Positions 27,206 to 41,794 of a stretch of DNA of 64,000 bases are shown piece by piece (position 1 is the stretch's first letter; every line of letters starts with the position of its first letter). Source of the stretch: Tubiluchus corallicola (taxonomy: Eukaryota > Animalia > Priapulida); contig JAQGDQ010000056.1 of assembly GCA_030141605.1 (NCBI GenBank), forward strand, positions 434,001 to 498,000, in the 5' to 3' direction. Under the pieces are notes generated by a model, which saw nothing but the letters and a program-made list of their open reading frames with translations, was not told the origin of the DNA and ran no database searches. The position numbers and the translations under genes are program-made.

Positions 27206-29449
27206 GTGCATTTAGTTGTTTATGTGCTGCTGTATGCCATTTTTATAGAAAACGAAGCATTGAAAAATTTTTGTAAAATTTTAGTAGTTTAACTGGCTTT
27301 TATTATTTAGGTTTTCTGAATCAGAGACGAACAAACTAAGCTTTCTGTTGTATCTGCACTGCTTTAAGTTGGCAAGTGTAAAATGTGCTACCCCTTATTC
27401 CCCTTCTAATTCCAGATTTTATAATACCATTCAACAAGCAGCAAGCTAAAATGTCAAGATTCCAAGTCACAGAGTTCTAAAAAAATTTCAATTAGTTACG
27501 CAATCGCCGTTCAAATAAAATGTTAGATGTATGAAGGTTTTCTCGTTTACCCAACTCATTTGTGAAAACACAGTTCGTGACTGCTGAAATTTCTGCACAC
27601 TGCATTGCAGAAAGTTGCTTGTGTCAGACAAGTGCGTCTCTGATATACTCGTTTTTGTAGATGCTTCTGCTTTTCTCTGTTTGTTGTTTTTTTTGCAGTA
27701 AATGTATGTGAACTACTCAATAACTTGCCATGATATAAATTTAAAATAGTATTAATTTGTGAAAAATTGGAAGTAAAAAGTGCAAAACAAAGTAACTAAT
27801 TTTTAATTTTTCGATTTTCTAGAGATGCTGTAATGATTTACTAATAGCTAACTTACTAATATCTTATTTTTTGCTAGAGAATTTAGCTGTTTGAGTAGTA
27901 TGTTTGTTAGTTTGTCTAACCACTTAATAGCTTCTTTGTCTATATTATTGTTTGTCTAATAGCATCCAGCAAGAGTGCATCTCCTGTTCTTCAACGGTAC
28001 CCCTTAAAGTCTGCTTTGTCTGAAGGCTCATTGCTTTCCGCTTCAAGTGTTTTGTCTCTTGGAAAGGGTATGTGTTGTTGCTGTTGCTTTAATTTTGTTG
28101 ATGTTTTTACCTCACCTAACAGGGTATAGTTGCCTAGCATCTATGTGTAACAGATGCGTAGATAAACTAAAAAGATAGATAAACTGTTAAGTACTACTGT
28201 TATGCGTTGAATTAACATTTTGTTTTGACACTGCGGAATACTTTCGCTTCTTAAATACCTGAGAACCCTCAGTAGCTTATTTTAACTAAAAACATATTTT
28301 CTGCATTGGCCCAAATTGTAATTTTAACCTAAAAGAATATTATACTAAATGTGAGAGATATGGTTGTGCGAGTTAGTGTGTCATACCGTGCCCCTGTAAG
28401 ATATGTTGCTGATTGTTGTTATCTGATACCCTGCTAATGAATCATCAGTCATTTAGCTTTCACTGGTGCTTATGGATCAAATACACCTGAGTGGTGGGCA
28501 TATTATAAAACTTTAAAAGATTGTAAAAATCTGTGCCAGTCGACCCCAAAGTTTGTAGCTGTGAGCCTGAACCATGCCCTACCTGTGTGTGTGAGATGTC
28601 AACTTCCTAGATTACTTCCTAGAAAAGCAGCGCCAGGTAGGCAGGTTCGACAATTCTAACGATGCTTCATTGGGGCAACTATAACAAGAATAAGATTACA
28701 TTGTACATGTGCATGAAATAGTGCATAAAAAGCCATACATAAATGAATGTGAACATAAATTATACAAGTAACTTAGTTCTTTTGCACCCTAGCTACTATT
28801 GTATAGTCATTTTCACAAAAATGTTCATGTAAGAAAGTTATTAAGTTAACAACATTTGTGGTTTAACACTACCCGGATTTTATATTTTTAAGCACAAAAC
28901 AACACTTGTAATAGATAGTACTTTATTTTGCAACATTTTCTAATTTTAAGTTAATATTAATTAATTAACAACAGAACATCTGCTGAAACATTTTTTCAAC
29001 TTCATAGCAAAACACGTTATTCATATCAGTTCACACTGCCATTTCGAATAATAAGGTCTGTATCGCATATCATGATTTGTGTGATAATTGAAAAATTATA
29101 TTAAAACATAAAATGAAGATAATTTAACTTTCTACCCTCAAAGCACGTTGAGATAATTATTCTGCGACCAGTAATTTTGTTTGCATATTGTGAAGTTGAC
29201 AACTTTTTTTAGAATTTTATCATCATTAAATGAATTATAGGAAAACTAGGATAAGATACTTTGCAGAGAAGACTGTTTGCAGATTTTTTTGCTAAATTGT
29301 AAGAATAGAAAATGGTTTTCACTGCATTTTATACATGAAATATAATTTTCACACCAGTATGCAACTAGCAGATTCTGAACGATTTACTGATAGGGATGAT
29401 TGTGTAATTCAGGAATAGCAGTCTAGTTTTTCTTCAATTTAATTTTTAG

Positions 29450-29680
29450 GTCCAAACAGTTGCAGCATAGAGAAATATGATCCACGCACAAACACTTGGA
29501 CACAAGTGGATTCTATCAGTGGTCACCGTCTGCAGTTTGGTGTAGCGGTTTCGGAAGACAAACTGTACATGGTTGGTGGACGTGATGGCTTGAAGACGTT
29601 AAACACAGTTGAGTGCTACAGTATTAAGACAAAACAGTGGGCCATGCTGCCTTCTATGTCAACACACCGGCACGGTTTAG
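29450..29680 (+). CDS. KLHL5: KLHL exon 5 (Kelch repeats)
   Basis: ttttag|GT CCA. Encodes [12 protein letters not shown]...[31 protein letters not shown]...MSTHRHGL(G), then gtaaag. 231 nt, phase 1/1. Confidence 0.95.
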
Positions 29681-30625
29681 GTAAAGAATGTTTACAATTG
29701 AATTTAGTAGCTTTTTATGTCAGCCTGCTCATAGTTCTCGTTGTTAGTACTGATGACATTTTAGTCTGTTTGTCAATTATTTCAAATGTCACAAATGATG
29801 GAATTGTTCTTAATAATTATCGACATCAGTTTTTAATTAAATCTAAATGAACTTTAGGAAAGAAATTGAAGATTCATTGTTTTCTGCTCTGAGTGTATAC
29901 ACTCTAGGAAAGAGTTTGTGGTGTTACAAAATTACTGAACATTGTTGTCACACTTGATTTCATATATTTATAATTAATGCAGACACAGATATGATATAAT
30001 CACTGCTCCAGATAAGTGTACATTAGCATAAATATGCATTCATTAATTCTGAGCTGATGTCAAAACAGTGCAAAAATGGAACAAAAATGCCAATAATTTT
30101 GTGATAAATTGCATATATAAGACACTAAAGTTAAAAACAAAGCATGAGAAATGCAAAACTAAACTTCAAATAAATAAAATGTTTCTTATTAGTATTAATT
30201 ATGTCCCAAAGTTGAAGAACAATAGCTGAATGGGGTACCATAATGATGCCTTTCTCGTCCCATTTATAAATGCAAAATTTCTAATAACATTGAGTGCAAC
30301 GATTGATGACAAGTGCATTGATTTCACTCAGTGTAATTAGAAAATGAAATTAGCATTGGAAAGCACAACAGACACAGAACTGAATTGAGCATTATTTAAC
30401 ACTATTTTTATTTAAACGTTAATCACTTATTGAAAAAGTTATTCAATTCAGAGCAAGAATACTTCTCTTTATTGGCGCACAGATAAGCTAAAATTCCACC
30501 GAAGTCTATACTGCAATAGATTTAGCAGGGAGAAAGCCAAGCTTCGTAAGTAGTGCTACGGCAAAAGTGGATACTGACATGCTCTTGTAGAGATAGACGG
30601 TTCTATGCAATTGTATTTTTAATAG

Positions 30626-30788
30626 GTGTAGGCGTCTTGGAAGGTCCGCTGTACGCAGTTGGTGGCCATGATGGATGGAGTTACTTGAACACAGTGGAGC
30701 GATATGATTCACAAGCCAAGCAATGGAGTTTTGTTGCACCAATGCATTCACCCAGAAGCACAGTGGGCGTAGCAGTGTTAAATAATAA
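30626..30788 (+). CDS. KLHL5: KLHL exon 6 (Kelch repeat)
   Basis: aatag|GT GTA. Encodes [27 protein letters not shown]...[12 protein letters not shown](K), then gttagt. Phases 1/2. Confidence 0.95.
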
Positions 30789-31798
30789 GTTAGTGTCTTA
30801 CCTAATGTATTGTTTAATTAATAATCATGATGTTCTTGGGCTCCCCACTCTTGCGTCCCATCTTGTTGTTAAGAGGTATCTCTGATGGATAACACCTAAT
30901 GTACGGTTTGAGTCTTTAAGTTTTTTACCCTTTTCTCACTCAAAGTTTATGTGAAAAAACCTGTAATTGCAATGCAGCTTTATCGGTTTTCAGCTCGCAC
31001 TTTTTTATACAAATGGGTTGCATGGTGGTGATGAAATAGCAGTATCTATTTTTTCAAACCTTTGATAAATAGCAAATTGGAAATCATAACAAGCCATAAT
31101 TATGAGATCTTTCTGGCAGCTGCAACTTACATGGCTTTCTAGAATTTCCTTACCAACAAGAAATAATTTGTGGAAGACCCAAATGTTCATGTGGCATCCA
31201 TCATTTTCTTTGTTAACTTCTCTGTCATTTGCTGATCCTTGATAATATGATTAGCAAACAGAGTAGCATACGAATTCGAGGCAAATTGTGCAAGAACCTT
31301 GCAAATTGGTAACGTAATTCATGTCCACACAAGGACTTAAATGCTTTTGCGTGATTAGGATTCACTGTCCTTTGTATTGTAGTTAGTAAATGTCATTTAG
31401 TGGTATGTTAAAAGCAGTGGTACAGAACATTAGAGGAGTCGTTAATTAAACTTGTATAAATCTTAGATTCAATGCAGCATAAAGCCACAAATTCTGAGCA
31501 GCTGCCGACCACCAGCAATGGCATTTTTGATGTTGCCCTAGTTTACAGTTACTGGATGTAAAATTATTATTATTATTTGCAGGATAATTATAAAAAATGA
31601 TACCAGTTTGTGCTTACCTGAGTACATCAAGTCTTTAAATAAGTCATGCAGATAGAAAGTGTTCAACAATTTGCATTGCAGATTTCTTATTTCACAATGG
31701 TGAAGAGAACCAAGTGATCAAGTTTTTTATTACCTAAGCTAGCTTTAATTGTTATTGTATAAATGACTCTTTTGTTTATTCTGTGTATTTCTATTCAG

Positions 31799-32011
31799 GT
31801 TATATGCTGTTGGTGGAAGAGATGGCAAATCATCACTTCGGTCAGTTGAATGTTTTGATCCCCACACCAATCGCTGGACAATGTGTGCTTCCATGTCACA
31901 TCGACGCGGTGGCGTGGGTGTGGCTGTCTGTAATGGATATTTGTATGCTGTTGGCGGTTATGATACGCCTGCAAGTAATCCTACAGCCAGCAGGTTTTCT
32001 TCTGTAGAAAG
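31799..32011 (+). CDS. KLHL5: KLHL exon 7 (Kelch repeats)
   Basis: ttcag|G TTA TAT GCT. Encodes [55 protein letters not shown]...SVE(R), then gtagat. Phase 2/2. The ORF track shows a different frame here. Confidence 0.95.
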
Positions 32012-32843
32012 GTAGATAATTTCAGCATTATCTTTAATCTTATTTACTTAAACATATGAACATCAATTCCCTTAACATTGGTGACCTTTTGAGTGATGTA
32101 GTAAAATGCAGGCAACTGTCAAAACTAAATGCTGTAAACAGGAACATTTTTGAGGAGCTAATTTTTTTTGAAAACTAAACATGAAGACTGTGCACGTGTT
32201 TTCAGCGTAACATTTTTTATTTTGATGGATTATGTAAATAGTTTTTATGTTTGCATTGTACATTTGAAATTTGATGTACTTCTTGAAATTAGTTTATGAG
32301 TTGTCTTTCAAATTTATCAAACCAACGGAAAGAACTTGCTAGTCCTTATTATTATCCACTATTTGGTGTCAATCACACCATGTTCAGTAATTGTTTTATG
32401 TGTTTATTACATCCGGATTTAGACACAGCCTGTTGCAATTATACTAGATATGCTTAACAGATGCAGGCCTTTGTGATAATTTACAATGTTTATAGATGAG
32501 AGATGTCAGGTAAAACCGTTGCAGTTTGGTTTGTTTGCCGGCAAAGCCAGCTGAGTGAGCTGGCAAACAAAAATGATTGTCTCCAACCAAATTCATATTT
32601 TGGGCAAATAAAATTTTCACAATTTTATTGCATCTGTTTTTGGAAAATGTTCAAGTCACAGTGTGCAACTTTCTACTTGAGCTTCGGAAATGAGGCTTTT
32701 AGTCAGGACGAGTCTTTTGATATGCCGCAGATAGCTTATAATTCCTGTCTTACATAATTATTTAATTGCCCCTTTGAACTAATTAAAGAAATACCTTGAG
32801 GCTATGTTAGTTGCATGTGTGTTGATTTCGTGTGCGACCTTTG

Positions 32844-32905
32844 TCATCGCTATCATCATCATCGTCATCATCATCATCATCATCATCGTCGTCATCATCA
32901 TCGTC
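32844..32905. repeat. (ATC/GTC)n microsatellite
   Basis: A catcatcatcatcgtc array. A similar array lies at 44570-44660. Confidence 0.85.
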
Positions 32906-33349
32906 AATTTTCTAGAAAATATTTTAACAGGTTTTGGGGGCTAGCCTGTACAGTATCATTTTAAATTATTGATATAGCATAGTTGCCAAAAATGCGGTTT
33001 CCAAACTACAATTACCAGACAAAAACTTTTTGGCTTGGAAAACCGGGTTTTCTAATTTTGCTACTGAAATGCCAAACTTTTAAGTATTTCCCCTTCTAAG
33101 CATTTTCATAATAGAGTTTTTCAGCATTCTATTGCTCAGGTATTTTGTTTATGGCTTCATTTTATTTGATTCACCAAAACAAAGGATAAAACTAAATTTT
33201 ACACCCTTTGTTTGTAATTTATTAGACAAGTATGTGGGCAATTAAAATTTTTAATAAAATACATAAATATTTTCATTTTATTGCATTCATTCACTTATAT
33301 AGGTTGTTTCATTTGAGTTGTTTATTAATAATATTAATGCACTTTATAG

Positions 33350-33521
33350 ATATGACCCCAAAACAGATACCTGGACCATGGTGGCAGGAATAAGCTCTCC
33401 TCGTGATTCCGTAGGATTATGTTTATTGGGTGAGAAGCTGTATGCTGTAGGTGGTTATGACGGGCAGTCATTCCTAACTAATGTTGAGTGCTACGATCCA
33501 CAGATCAATGAGTGGTCACAG
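33350..33521 (+). CDS. KLHL5: KLHL exon 8 (Kelch repeat)
   Basis: ttatag|A TAT GAC CCC. Encodes [57 protein letters not shown], then gtacaa. Phases 2/0. Confidence 0.95.
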
Positions 33522-34062
33522 GTACAATTGATTGATTATACATTAGAAATAAATTGTCATTATTCAACGTATGATACTGTTGAAGACTAATATGGTGGCA
33601 ATAGAGGATTTTGTTGTGTAAGAACTGAATTTAAACTTCACAATTTAACAGAAGCCCGGGATTAGAAAATAATTGTCATTTTTCGAAAATGTTTGTGTTA
33701 AAGTACTAGTATAATACTTCTTAATGCTACAAAAGTAAATTATTTATTTGTAAACCTGCTAAATCCAGCTAAATAAGTAAAACGTTATAAGGTCCTTTTG
33801 AGTACTGCGCTAGCTGTGATTGTTTGTAATTTGAAAGAATTTCTGGTTATTTCTAACTTTTATAGCTGTTGTCATATTAGTCCTAAAACATTTCCTTAAT
33901 CATTTGCTAAATTAATCAATTTGTCTGTATTTTATTGGAGTGTGCTCGTACTGCTGAACAATGAATTACAGAAAATATGGCTGTTTGTACAAGCTAACAC
34001 TGTGAAGAGCAAAAGAAGTTTACTTCAGTGATAATAAAATGTAAACTTTACTTTGTTTTTAG

Positions 34063-34155
34063 ATTTCACAATTGTGCATGGCTAGAGCTGGCGCGTGTGT
34101 GGTACACGTCAAGTCAAGTCTTACAACAGCGCACAGTTACCAAACTGCCCTTTGA
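34063..34155 (+). CDS. KLHL5: KLHL exon 9 (terminal)
   Basis: ttttag|ATT TCA CAA. Encodes ISQLCMARAGACVVHVKSSLTTAHSYQTAL*. RAGACVV matches the KLHL1/4/5 C-terminus. TGA at 34153-34155. Confidence 0.92.
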   Translation: MSQLCMARAGACVVHVKSSLTTAHSYQTAL

Positions 34156-36014
34156 TGGTCTATACTTCTACCATTTTGTAAATAGTTCATATTAGAATTT
34201 TCTGAGAAATCTTATTGTATAAAAAAGTTAAAAAATGTACAAATTTCTGTTGGGGATAGCTTGTATTCCGTCAGAAGCCAGCAATGATTATTGCTGCCTT
34301 ATTTTTATTTATTTAATGTCATTTTGACTGCGCAATGCTAGACGCTGCTTTTTCTTCTTAGTTATGTGTATAATAACTTCAGAGAATTAGCTTACATAAT
34401 AAGTTTAGTTCATGCTTAATGTTCTTGGACTAGAAATCTGTTAGCAGATTTATATTTGTATGGGTGGAGATGAAGTAGCATTTTTTAAACTGTTACCAGT
34501 CTTTAATTATTCTCTAATTGTGTTGTAATTTTCCCAAAATTGTTAGTGTCTTTTGTTAATCTACTACCTTTACAACTTCCAGTCATAGGAGCTAATATCT
34601 CCACACAGTGAAAGGTTAATAATAACATGTCTCTAATAACTTGACAATACCATCTACATTAATCAATTAACCAGTTACATTTCAACTGGTTTAAAGTGAT
34701 TGTTTTCCAATCTTTATTAATATTTACTTTGTTTTATATTTTTATGCCAGCCGAAAGATAGACAATTGTATTTTTGAGAATTTTTGTGCAACATGGCGGT
34801 TGATATAGATTGTCCAAAAGCTTGTGCTTTGATGTTTCTCAGGTTGAAAAATATCATTCATGTCTTAACAACAAAAAAGTTGTAATAACAAAGTCCATTT
34901 TCAAGACAATTGAATCAATGATCTTTGACTTACTAGTAATTTATATAGTTTTCTTTTGATCATTTAAAGCTGCCATCTATGCATTTACATTTGAGTATTC
35001 CAAAATGTTTTTTTTTAATTTTCACAACTGGCAACAATGACAACAAATTATTTAAAATCATGTCTACTTTTGCATTCTCTTTAGACTATAAACGGTATAA
35101 ATGACCATTGATCATAATCAGCTTTACTTGGATAGTGATAGTTTCACTTGCAATTATAAGATTTGTGAGTGAAATTCTTGATTCAATGAGGTCAATGTAG
35201 AAATAATTCAATTCATCTGGTAGGTAATAAATGTCCATACATTCCATTTGTATAATATTTATGGATGTATTTATTAGAACTGTGATGATGACTGATATTA
35301 TTTTGAGATGAAAATAAATGTGACAATTAATTACTACAGTTTTGTTACTTTGTACAAAGCTTACTAGTGGGGACAGACATACCTTCTTACAAACAGAACC
35401 TGCAGCATTGAGAAAAAAACAAAAGTAGCGAAAATACTAATGTTACAGGTAAAATGAAAACTTACAAAGATATTGCAACTACAGAAAAATTATTTAAAGA
35501 CTAGAATTTTTATTAAATGTAAAAATGAAACAAACAGATTAGTTTTGTATGTATTGTAAACACTAATAAACATTTGGCTGCATACCAACCAAAGTTGAAT
35601 TTTCCCATGTATTAGTTAATTATAACTTTTAATACAAATAACTTATCATTACTACCACTGCTACTACTACTATTATTATTATTATTGTTATTATTATAAG
35701 CCATAGTTATGTTATGTCATTAGAGTTTCATATTCAATTTTGTGCTGTACAAGCGAGTTTTCAGACTCTCGGTAACAAATCGGAAACAAAACCAGTTTTC
35801 ACATTTTTTTAATTTGACATTTGCAGTCATTGTTTTTATTTTTATTAACTTTCTGCATTTTGTCACCTGGCAACCCTTGTATGAAATGTGTCTACAGGCT
35901 TACATTATTCAGTTAATCAATGCTATGTATATTCACAAATCGATTGAAGACTACAGTAACTTGCCATATGATCTTAAAAAATATAAATTACCACTTTTCT
36001 TTATTTAAGTAACA

Positions 36015-36127
36015 TTAAGGTAATGAAGTTAAACTATCTTGTTGTGAATTGCCATACTTTCCGAGTTTACCTCGCACAAATGAAAGCGCTTCTAGTAGCA
36101 CGGGGTCATTTGGTTTAACCTGAAGAG
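36015..36127 (-). CDS. TTC6: TTC6-like terminal exon
   Basis: tttcag|(A)LQVKPNDPVLLEALSFVRGKLGKYGNSQQDSLTSLP*. TAA at 36017-36015. Confidence 0.9.
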
Positions 36128-37391
36128 CTGAAAAACAAGAATGCAATGATAATATATTAAACGCACACACATTCTTCATAATTTTGTTGTATAATAATAC
36201 ACATTGTATACACAGCACTTCACTATACATTGCATGCTCATGCCTCTTATTGGTATATAATTTTATTGAATTGCATCATAGCTGCTGCTGGGTTTGAATG
36301 CATGATAAATCAATGATGTGCTTGCTTCTGGCATTGTCTCATTGGTGGCAAAAATTGCTCAATTTACATTATACATATGCAATTATACATTACACATTAC
36401 AATGGGATACTATAGCTTAATTAAACACAGCTTTTCAAGTTCATTTTAGACACTTGAAAATATTGCCTGCGGCTTCTCTAGATGGTGTGGAATATGTAAT
36501 ATTTCTACTTATTAAAAAATCCTATCAGTACACAAGTATATAATTGTCAGTCAAACATAAGTCTGCCATTTACTGATAATTATTAAGAATAACTGCCTAA
36601 TGTCACGTATCTCGCTTATAATGGACACCTCATGAACTCATCTATCTTAAGATAGTTGACTGTTTGCCTTAATAACCAAGCAGTTTATCTAGTACTGTGG
36701 TGGTTATCGGACCATATCTTAGCACCAACAAGAAGGCTTTAATGAAACTAGACATCAATCTCATGGTACTTCCAGAAATAGAAATGGAGTGGAATTACTG
36801 TTGTAATTGTACACTAATAGTAACAAGACTATCATTAAGATGATAAGGACCCATTCTGACCGTGTTTATCACTTGACTCTGCTTGGTCCAGTATGGTTTA
36901 GGCCTACTCATGTGTGACTGAGTAGTTTGTCCCAATTTCACATTTTGGGTCTCTGTCTCAGGACCTTAAACAACCTCTGCTTTTTAACCATGTCAATGTC
37001 TGAGCTGCTACACCCAGGGGTGTAACTCGCAAGTTTTGTGACTTTAGCTATTATCATTTTAGAGTTATTATTAAAGTTTTCACATTCTTGGTTCCTATCT
37101 TAACAACTGAAGCTTTTTAACCATACAACCAACCAATCAAATTGACTGATTTCCTGTATACTTGACCATATGGAGACAGTCACCATTCAACACGTCATTG
37201 TTAAGGCCCCTAGCCCAGGTGTATACCCAGCAAGTTTTGTAACCCCTGCATTGGCAAATATGAATTTTTGATTGTGTCCACTACAACAACAATGACAATG
37301 ACGAGAGGACTGAACACCATTCAAGGAAATGAAATCCGTTGAAACGAAGGTGGGTTTAATTATTTCACAAGTAAAGATAAGATTATGTTAC

Positions 37392-37617
37392 CACTAGTAA
37401 AATCTTTTTCCGCTAGTTCGTACTCTTCTCTAGCACGGTAAATATTTCCCTGATTGTATAAAGCAATAGCATCGTTAGGCGACAAAACAAGGACATGCTT
37501 CAGGTCGGCCAGAGCACCTTCTGTATCCCGCAACAAAAACTTTGTTATGGCTTGGTTTAATAAGACCCCATCATCATTTGGTAATAACTCACTGGCTTTG
37601 GCAAATGCATCTCGTGC
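37392..37617 (-). CDS. TTC6: TTC6-like exon
   Basis: ttttag|ARDAFAKASELLPNDDGVLLNQAITKFLLRDTEGALADLKHVLVLSPNDAIALYNQGNIYRAREEYELAEKDFTS|gtaaca. Phases 0/1. Confidence 0.93.
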
Positions 37618-38421
37618 CTAAAATTGAAAAAGAAGTTGTTTGAGTACACAACGCTAAGCACACACCATGACCTCTCAGCTATTCTCAACACAATGGATTG
37701 AACTGTATAAAAATATCGTTTAAGTAATCTGTCACCTGACCAAAGAAAAAGGACAAAACAGATACACAAACGTAATTATTCATAATCATAACGATAATCA
37801 TAATTATAATTCACAAAGATTATTTATATGAAGGAGGTGAACTCACAATTATTGAATTTTTGAAACCAAACTTCTCTCTAGAAAAGGAAATGTGAAAAGG
37901 TTGGAACTGAATCTAGAGCTGAACCAGGCGTTTTGGATAAAGCCAAATGGGTTACTAGACTACTCAGTTCAAGCAATGGAAAATGACACGGTCAGATTAA
38001 ATAACTTATTTGATGATTTGATGCTGTTTTTTTGCATCTAAAGACATATTTGGATGTCATAAATGTATATAGCGTTTTATTTCCTCATTAACTTCATAAT
38101 GTAAAAGTGTATCAAATAAAATAGAATGCAGTTCCAACAGAATTTTTCATTTGCAACAAGAAAAATACATTTAAAATTCTCTCCAATGCCATAACCCCAA
38201 CAAAAATGTACACAGTGCCTTTTTGTCGGTTAATTGGGTTACAACATGGGTTTAAAGATGCAGTGGTTAATAGTATAATTATTCTAATTATTCACACTGC
38301 AGGCAATTTAGTAAAAAACAATGTACGAACTTTGACTGATTGTGATTTTGTGAGTAAACCTTAAGTATCAGACAGGTTACAAGTATGTAGTGCAATCCAA
38401 TCTTATCATATATGGCATTAC

Positions 38422-38544
38422 TTGTACATAATGTCTTCTAGAAAAAAATATGCAGCCCAGATTGTAGTGCGCCAGTGCAAATTTATCATCCAACTTGATG
38501 GCTCTTCGATAGGATTTAATAGCATTTGTTACATCACCCATAAA
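38422..38544 (-). CDS. TTC6: TTC6-like exon
   Basis: ttacag|FMGDVTNAIKSYRRAIKLDDKFALAHYNLGCIFFSRRHYVQ|gtaatg. 123 nt, phase 0/0. Confidence 0.93.
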
Positions 38545-39338
38545 CTGTAATAAAACAACGTCATGCTAACCATTATAATATTAGCAGCAATAAAAACTAC
38601 AAATAGTGACTAATAACAATAATACCATAGTGGTACAGCTAGTGTTGTTTTCTACAAAAGTGACATGGATAATTGCTAGAAAAGGTGACAAAAAGAAAAG
38701 ATCGTCAGGATTTCTGCTGTTTCTAGGATAAATTAGAAAAAAATGAAAACAAAATGAAACAGCTTTATAACAGTGACATCAAATTCTGGTAACCATAACA
38801 GACTTTGTACAGAAAACATCGTGGTAATGGGACAGGTTCTGATAACCAAGGAAATTTTGTTTTGTCTGATTGTCTTGTAAGGAGTGAATTACACATTTTT
38901 ATATACCAATACTCCAAACAAGGTTAGTGGGTACTCAGAAGTGAGGGACTAAAGTGGAAAGATGAAAACATAAATAGATGTCCAGCACTCGTATTTAATT
39001 AGCAAGTGACAGGTGGCGCCTGTTAAGCATCTTTTTGTGAGGCTGCAGTTAACAGAGAAACAATTTTCTACTAAAGAATTCCTCAGGTAAGAGGCAGGAG
39101 GGAACAAAGTGGATTTACAAACAGATGTTTTGCAACTAGAAATTTCCCAGTTAAAATATGAAAGGCAGCAGCAAAACGTTTATTGTAATCAAACTATCAG
39201 CCTTTACAAATGAACGATGAGAGGCTCCAGAATACATTCGATTAAACTTATGATAAAAAAGCTTACTGTCATAACAGACTTTCTAGCAGGGTGAGTAGTA
39301 CTGAAAAAAAATGATGCAAAAAAAACTTCAAGTTTTAC

Positions 39339-39478
39339 CTGGTAAATAACACCACAATTAGTAAAAAGTTCAGGTCGGTCCATAAAACTAATAGCTTTCA
39401 ACATGTCCTGTAAAGCTGCATACTTGTTACCCATCTGCAGACAGACAACTGCACGAGCTTCAAGCGCTGGGACATAAT
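39339..39478 (-). CDS. TTC6: TTC6-like exon
   Basis: ttatag|(N)YVPALEARAVVCLQMGNKYAALQDMLKAISFMDRPELFTNCGVIYQ|gtaaaa. Phases 1/0. Confidence 0.93.
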
Positions 39479-40422
39479 CTATAAAAATTGCAATAATATA
39501 ACAATCACATAATTAAAAGATAATCTGAGAAATGCAAATGTGATAAACATAAAATATCTTCTTCCATCCAGACTTGCACAGTTTGTTTCTTTATTTTTGA
39601 GTTTTCCTTTCAATTTCAGTAACTGTCGTGAGACCACCACTAAAAGGCACAACTTACTACCTTTCTCAACACAAGGGCTGTATCACAGTATGCGTGCGAG
39701 GAATAACACGTTAGATTATTATTACAAACTTTATGTCAAGGTTATTATTATTATTATTATTAGTGATGTACTGTTTTTCAAGTTTGGTATCGTGCCATCA
39801 TTAGTAATACATTACCAATGCTGCTTTTCCTCGTAAATAAAGGTTTCCTTTTCAAGTAATTTAAGCCATCACTGTTCAGTATTTAATGAACGAGTATTTT
39901 GCTGAGGTAATTGACCGAAAATTTTGCTCAATCGTTCCGCATAACCACAGAAGCATCGCTGACAAATTTATTCATTGCATCTAGGATATGATGTGTTCAG
40001 CAGTGTATCAATATCAATGATAATGAATCATTCTCCTGCTCATTGTACTGAAATTCAAACCAGTCGTTGATGATTCAGTTATAAATGAAACTTAAGGAGC
40101 TTGATTTAGACTATAGTTTGACTAATTACTAAAAATATAAAGTTTAAATTTTCTGAATTATGACAATAATATTAAAAATTTTAAGTAGTCTGTACGGATA
40201 TGGCCCAAGGCTGAGTAGAAACATCGGCAGCAGTGCTCCAAAAATCGATAAGTGCTCCATAGCAAGAAGCAAACATTTAGAAAGAATAGTGGAACTTTTT
40301 AACTAAATAGAAGTTCTTGCAAATCGGGTATATAAAGTGATGCCCTGAAATGAAATGTGATAAAACGACATAGGTCACATAAGGAAAATAGTATACATAG
40401 TATTTGCAGGTACAGGTCATAC

Positions 40423-40559
40423 TTGGTTTTAAGTGGATGGCAATTGTCAGGTGATTCCATGCTTTTTGGAATTTTCCGCGAGTTTGCAGGTTATATGCGA
40501 GAGCCACCCTGGCAGGAAGGAAGGTGGGATTTAATCTGAGAACTCGTTGATAGTCATAC
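40423..40559 (-). CDS. TTC6: TTC6-like exon
   Basis: atgcag|YDYQRVLRLNPTFLPARVALAYNLQTRGKFQKAWNHLTIAIHLKP|gtatga. Phases 2/1. Confidence 0.93.
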
Positions 40560-41659
40560 CTGCATAAAATCAAACAGCAGTAAAAATGACTTAATATTCC
40601 AAATTGCACCAACTGATTTGTACACTAAGTAATACACTAATTACGTTAAACTTGCATTGCTTTCTCTGAATGCAGTTGTAACGTAAGTTAATTTCTAATT
40701 ATAAATACACCTTGAATTACGGGTATTAATGTACAAAATTTTAATATAGCAATTTTGTAAAATTTTGGTTCAAGAAATTTTAATATCTTATTTGCGTATA
40801 CTGAATTTTTATTAGTCAAATTATATCAGTTTCAATTGCTTTTCTTTTTTGTTATTGTTGTTTGAATAAATAAGTAAAGAAGATATTGCTAGAAAAAATT
40901 TGATGTATATATATATATTTTTTTTAGAACATTTTAATTAGGTAGATTTGTGATGTCTTTGTATAAGTACTGAATGAGCTACAGAAGTGCTGGCTACATT
41001 ACATCATAATTTTCAAATACAGAAAATATGTAGATGAATTGTTTTGGCAGAATGTATATGTAACAATTATTATAATTTTTTTGTGCTTTAAGTAGACAGG
41101 TTCTGCTGAGATTTCAAAATTTATGTTTATATAATAAAAAATACACGAAAGACTGAAAGACTTTAGACCGTTCTGCTAATGTTACAATGATTTCACCAAA
41201 TTTGTAGTTACCAGGAAGATATATAATATTCAAAATAGTTTCAAATGGCAGTTTTATTTAACGAGGACAAATGTACATAGTCCATTCATACGGCATTTAC
41301 ATACAACTCAATGTTAGACTCATTTGTTACTAATCAAGCAAGATTGATATGGTAATGGAGAGATTACAGGCAGCCTAGCTTGGAAGTGGTCTTTCATATA
41401 ATAATTAAGTACTTATATGAGTGAGAGCAGGGTAATGTTTTACTAGCAAGAAAATCTTTGCTAGTGACAGATAAAGACAAATTAAATAGTTACTAGGAAA
41501 AATACTTTGCCAGTAGAACAATAACTTAATTTTTGAAGTGATCCAACTCTGATATGGGTATTAAGAAGCAATTCAGTCTTATTCATTGCAAAGATGACAG
41601 CTTCATTATAGAGAATATTCGTAAAAAATAAACACGAAAAGCTTTAATAATCTGCCTAC

Positions 41660-41794
41660 CCAGCGTAAACTGTAGCATCGTCTTGTCTATAATCCATCAA
41701 TGCATTAGCTCTGCAGAGATATGCTTCTAGAAAATGCACGTTCAAATGAGCAGCATGTGAAAACTTAACAACTGCATCTGGAAGCTGATTTAAC
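41660..41794 (-). CDS. TTC6: TTC6-like exon
   Basis: ttccag|(R)LNQLPDAVVKFSHAAHLNVHFLEAYLCRANALMDYRQDDATVYA(G)|gtaggc. Phase 2/2. Confidence 0.92.
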
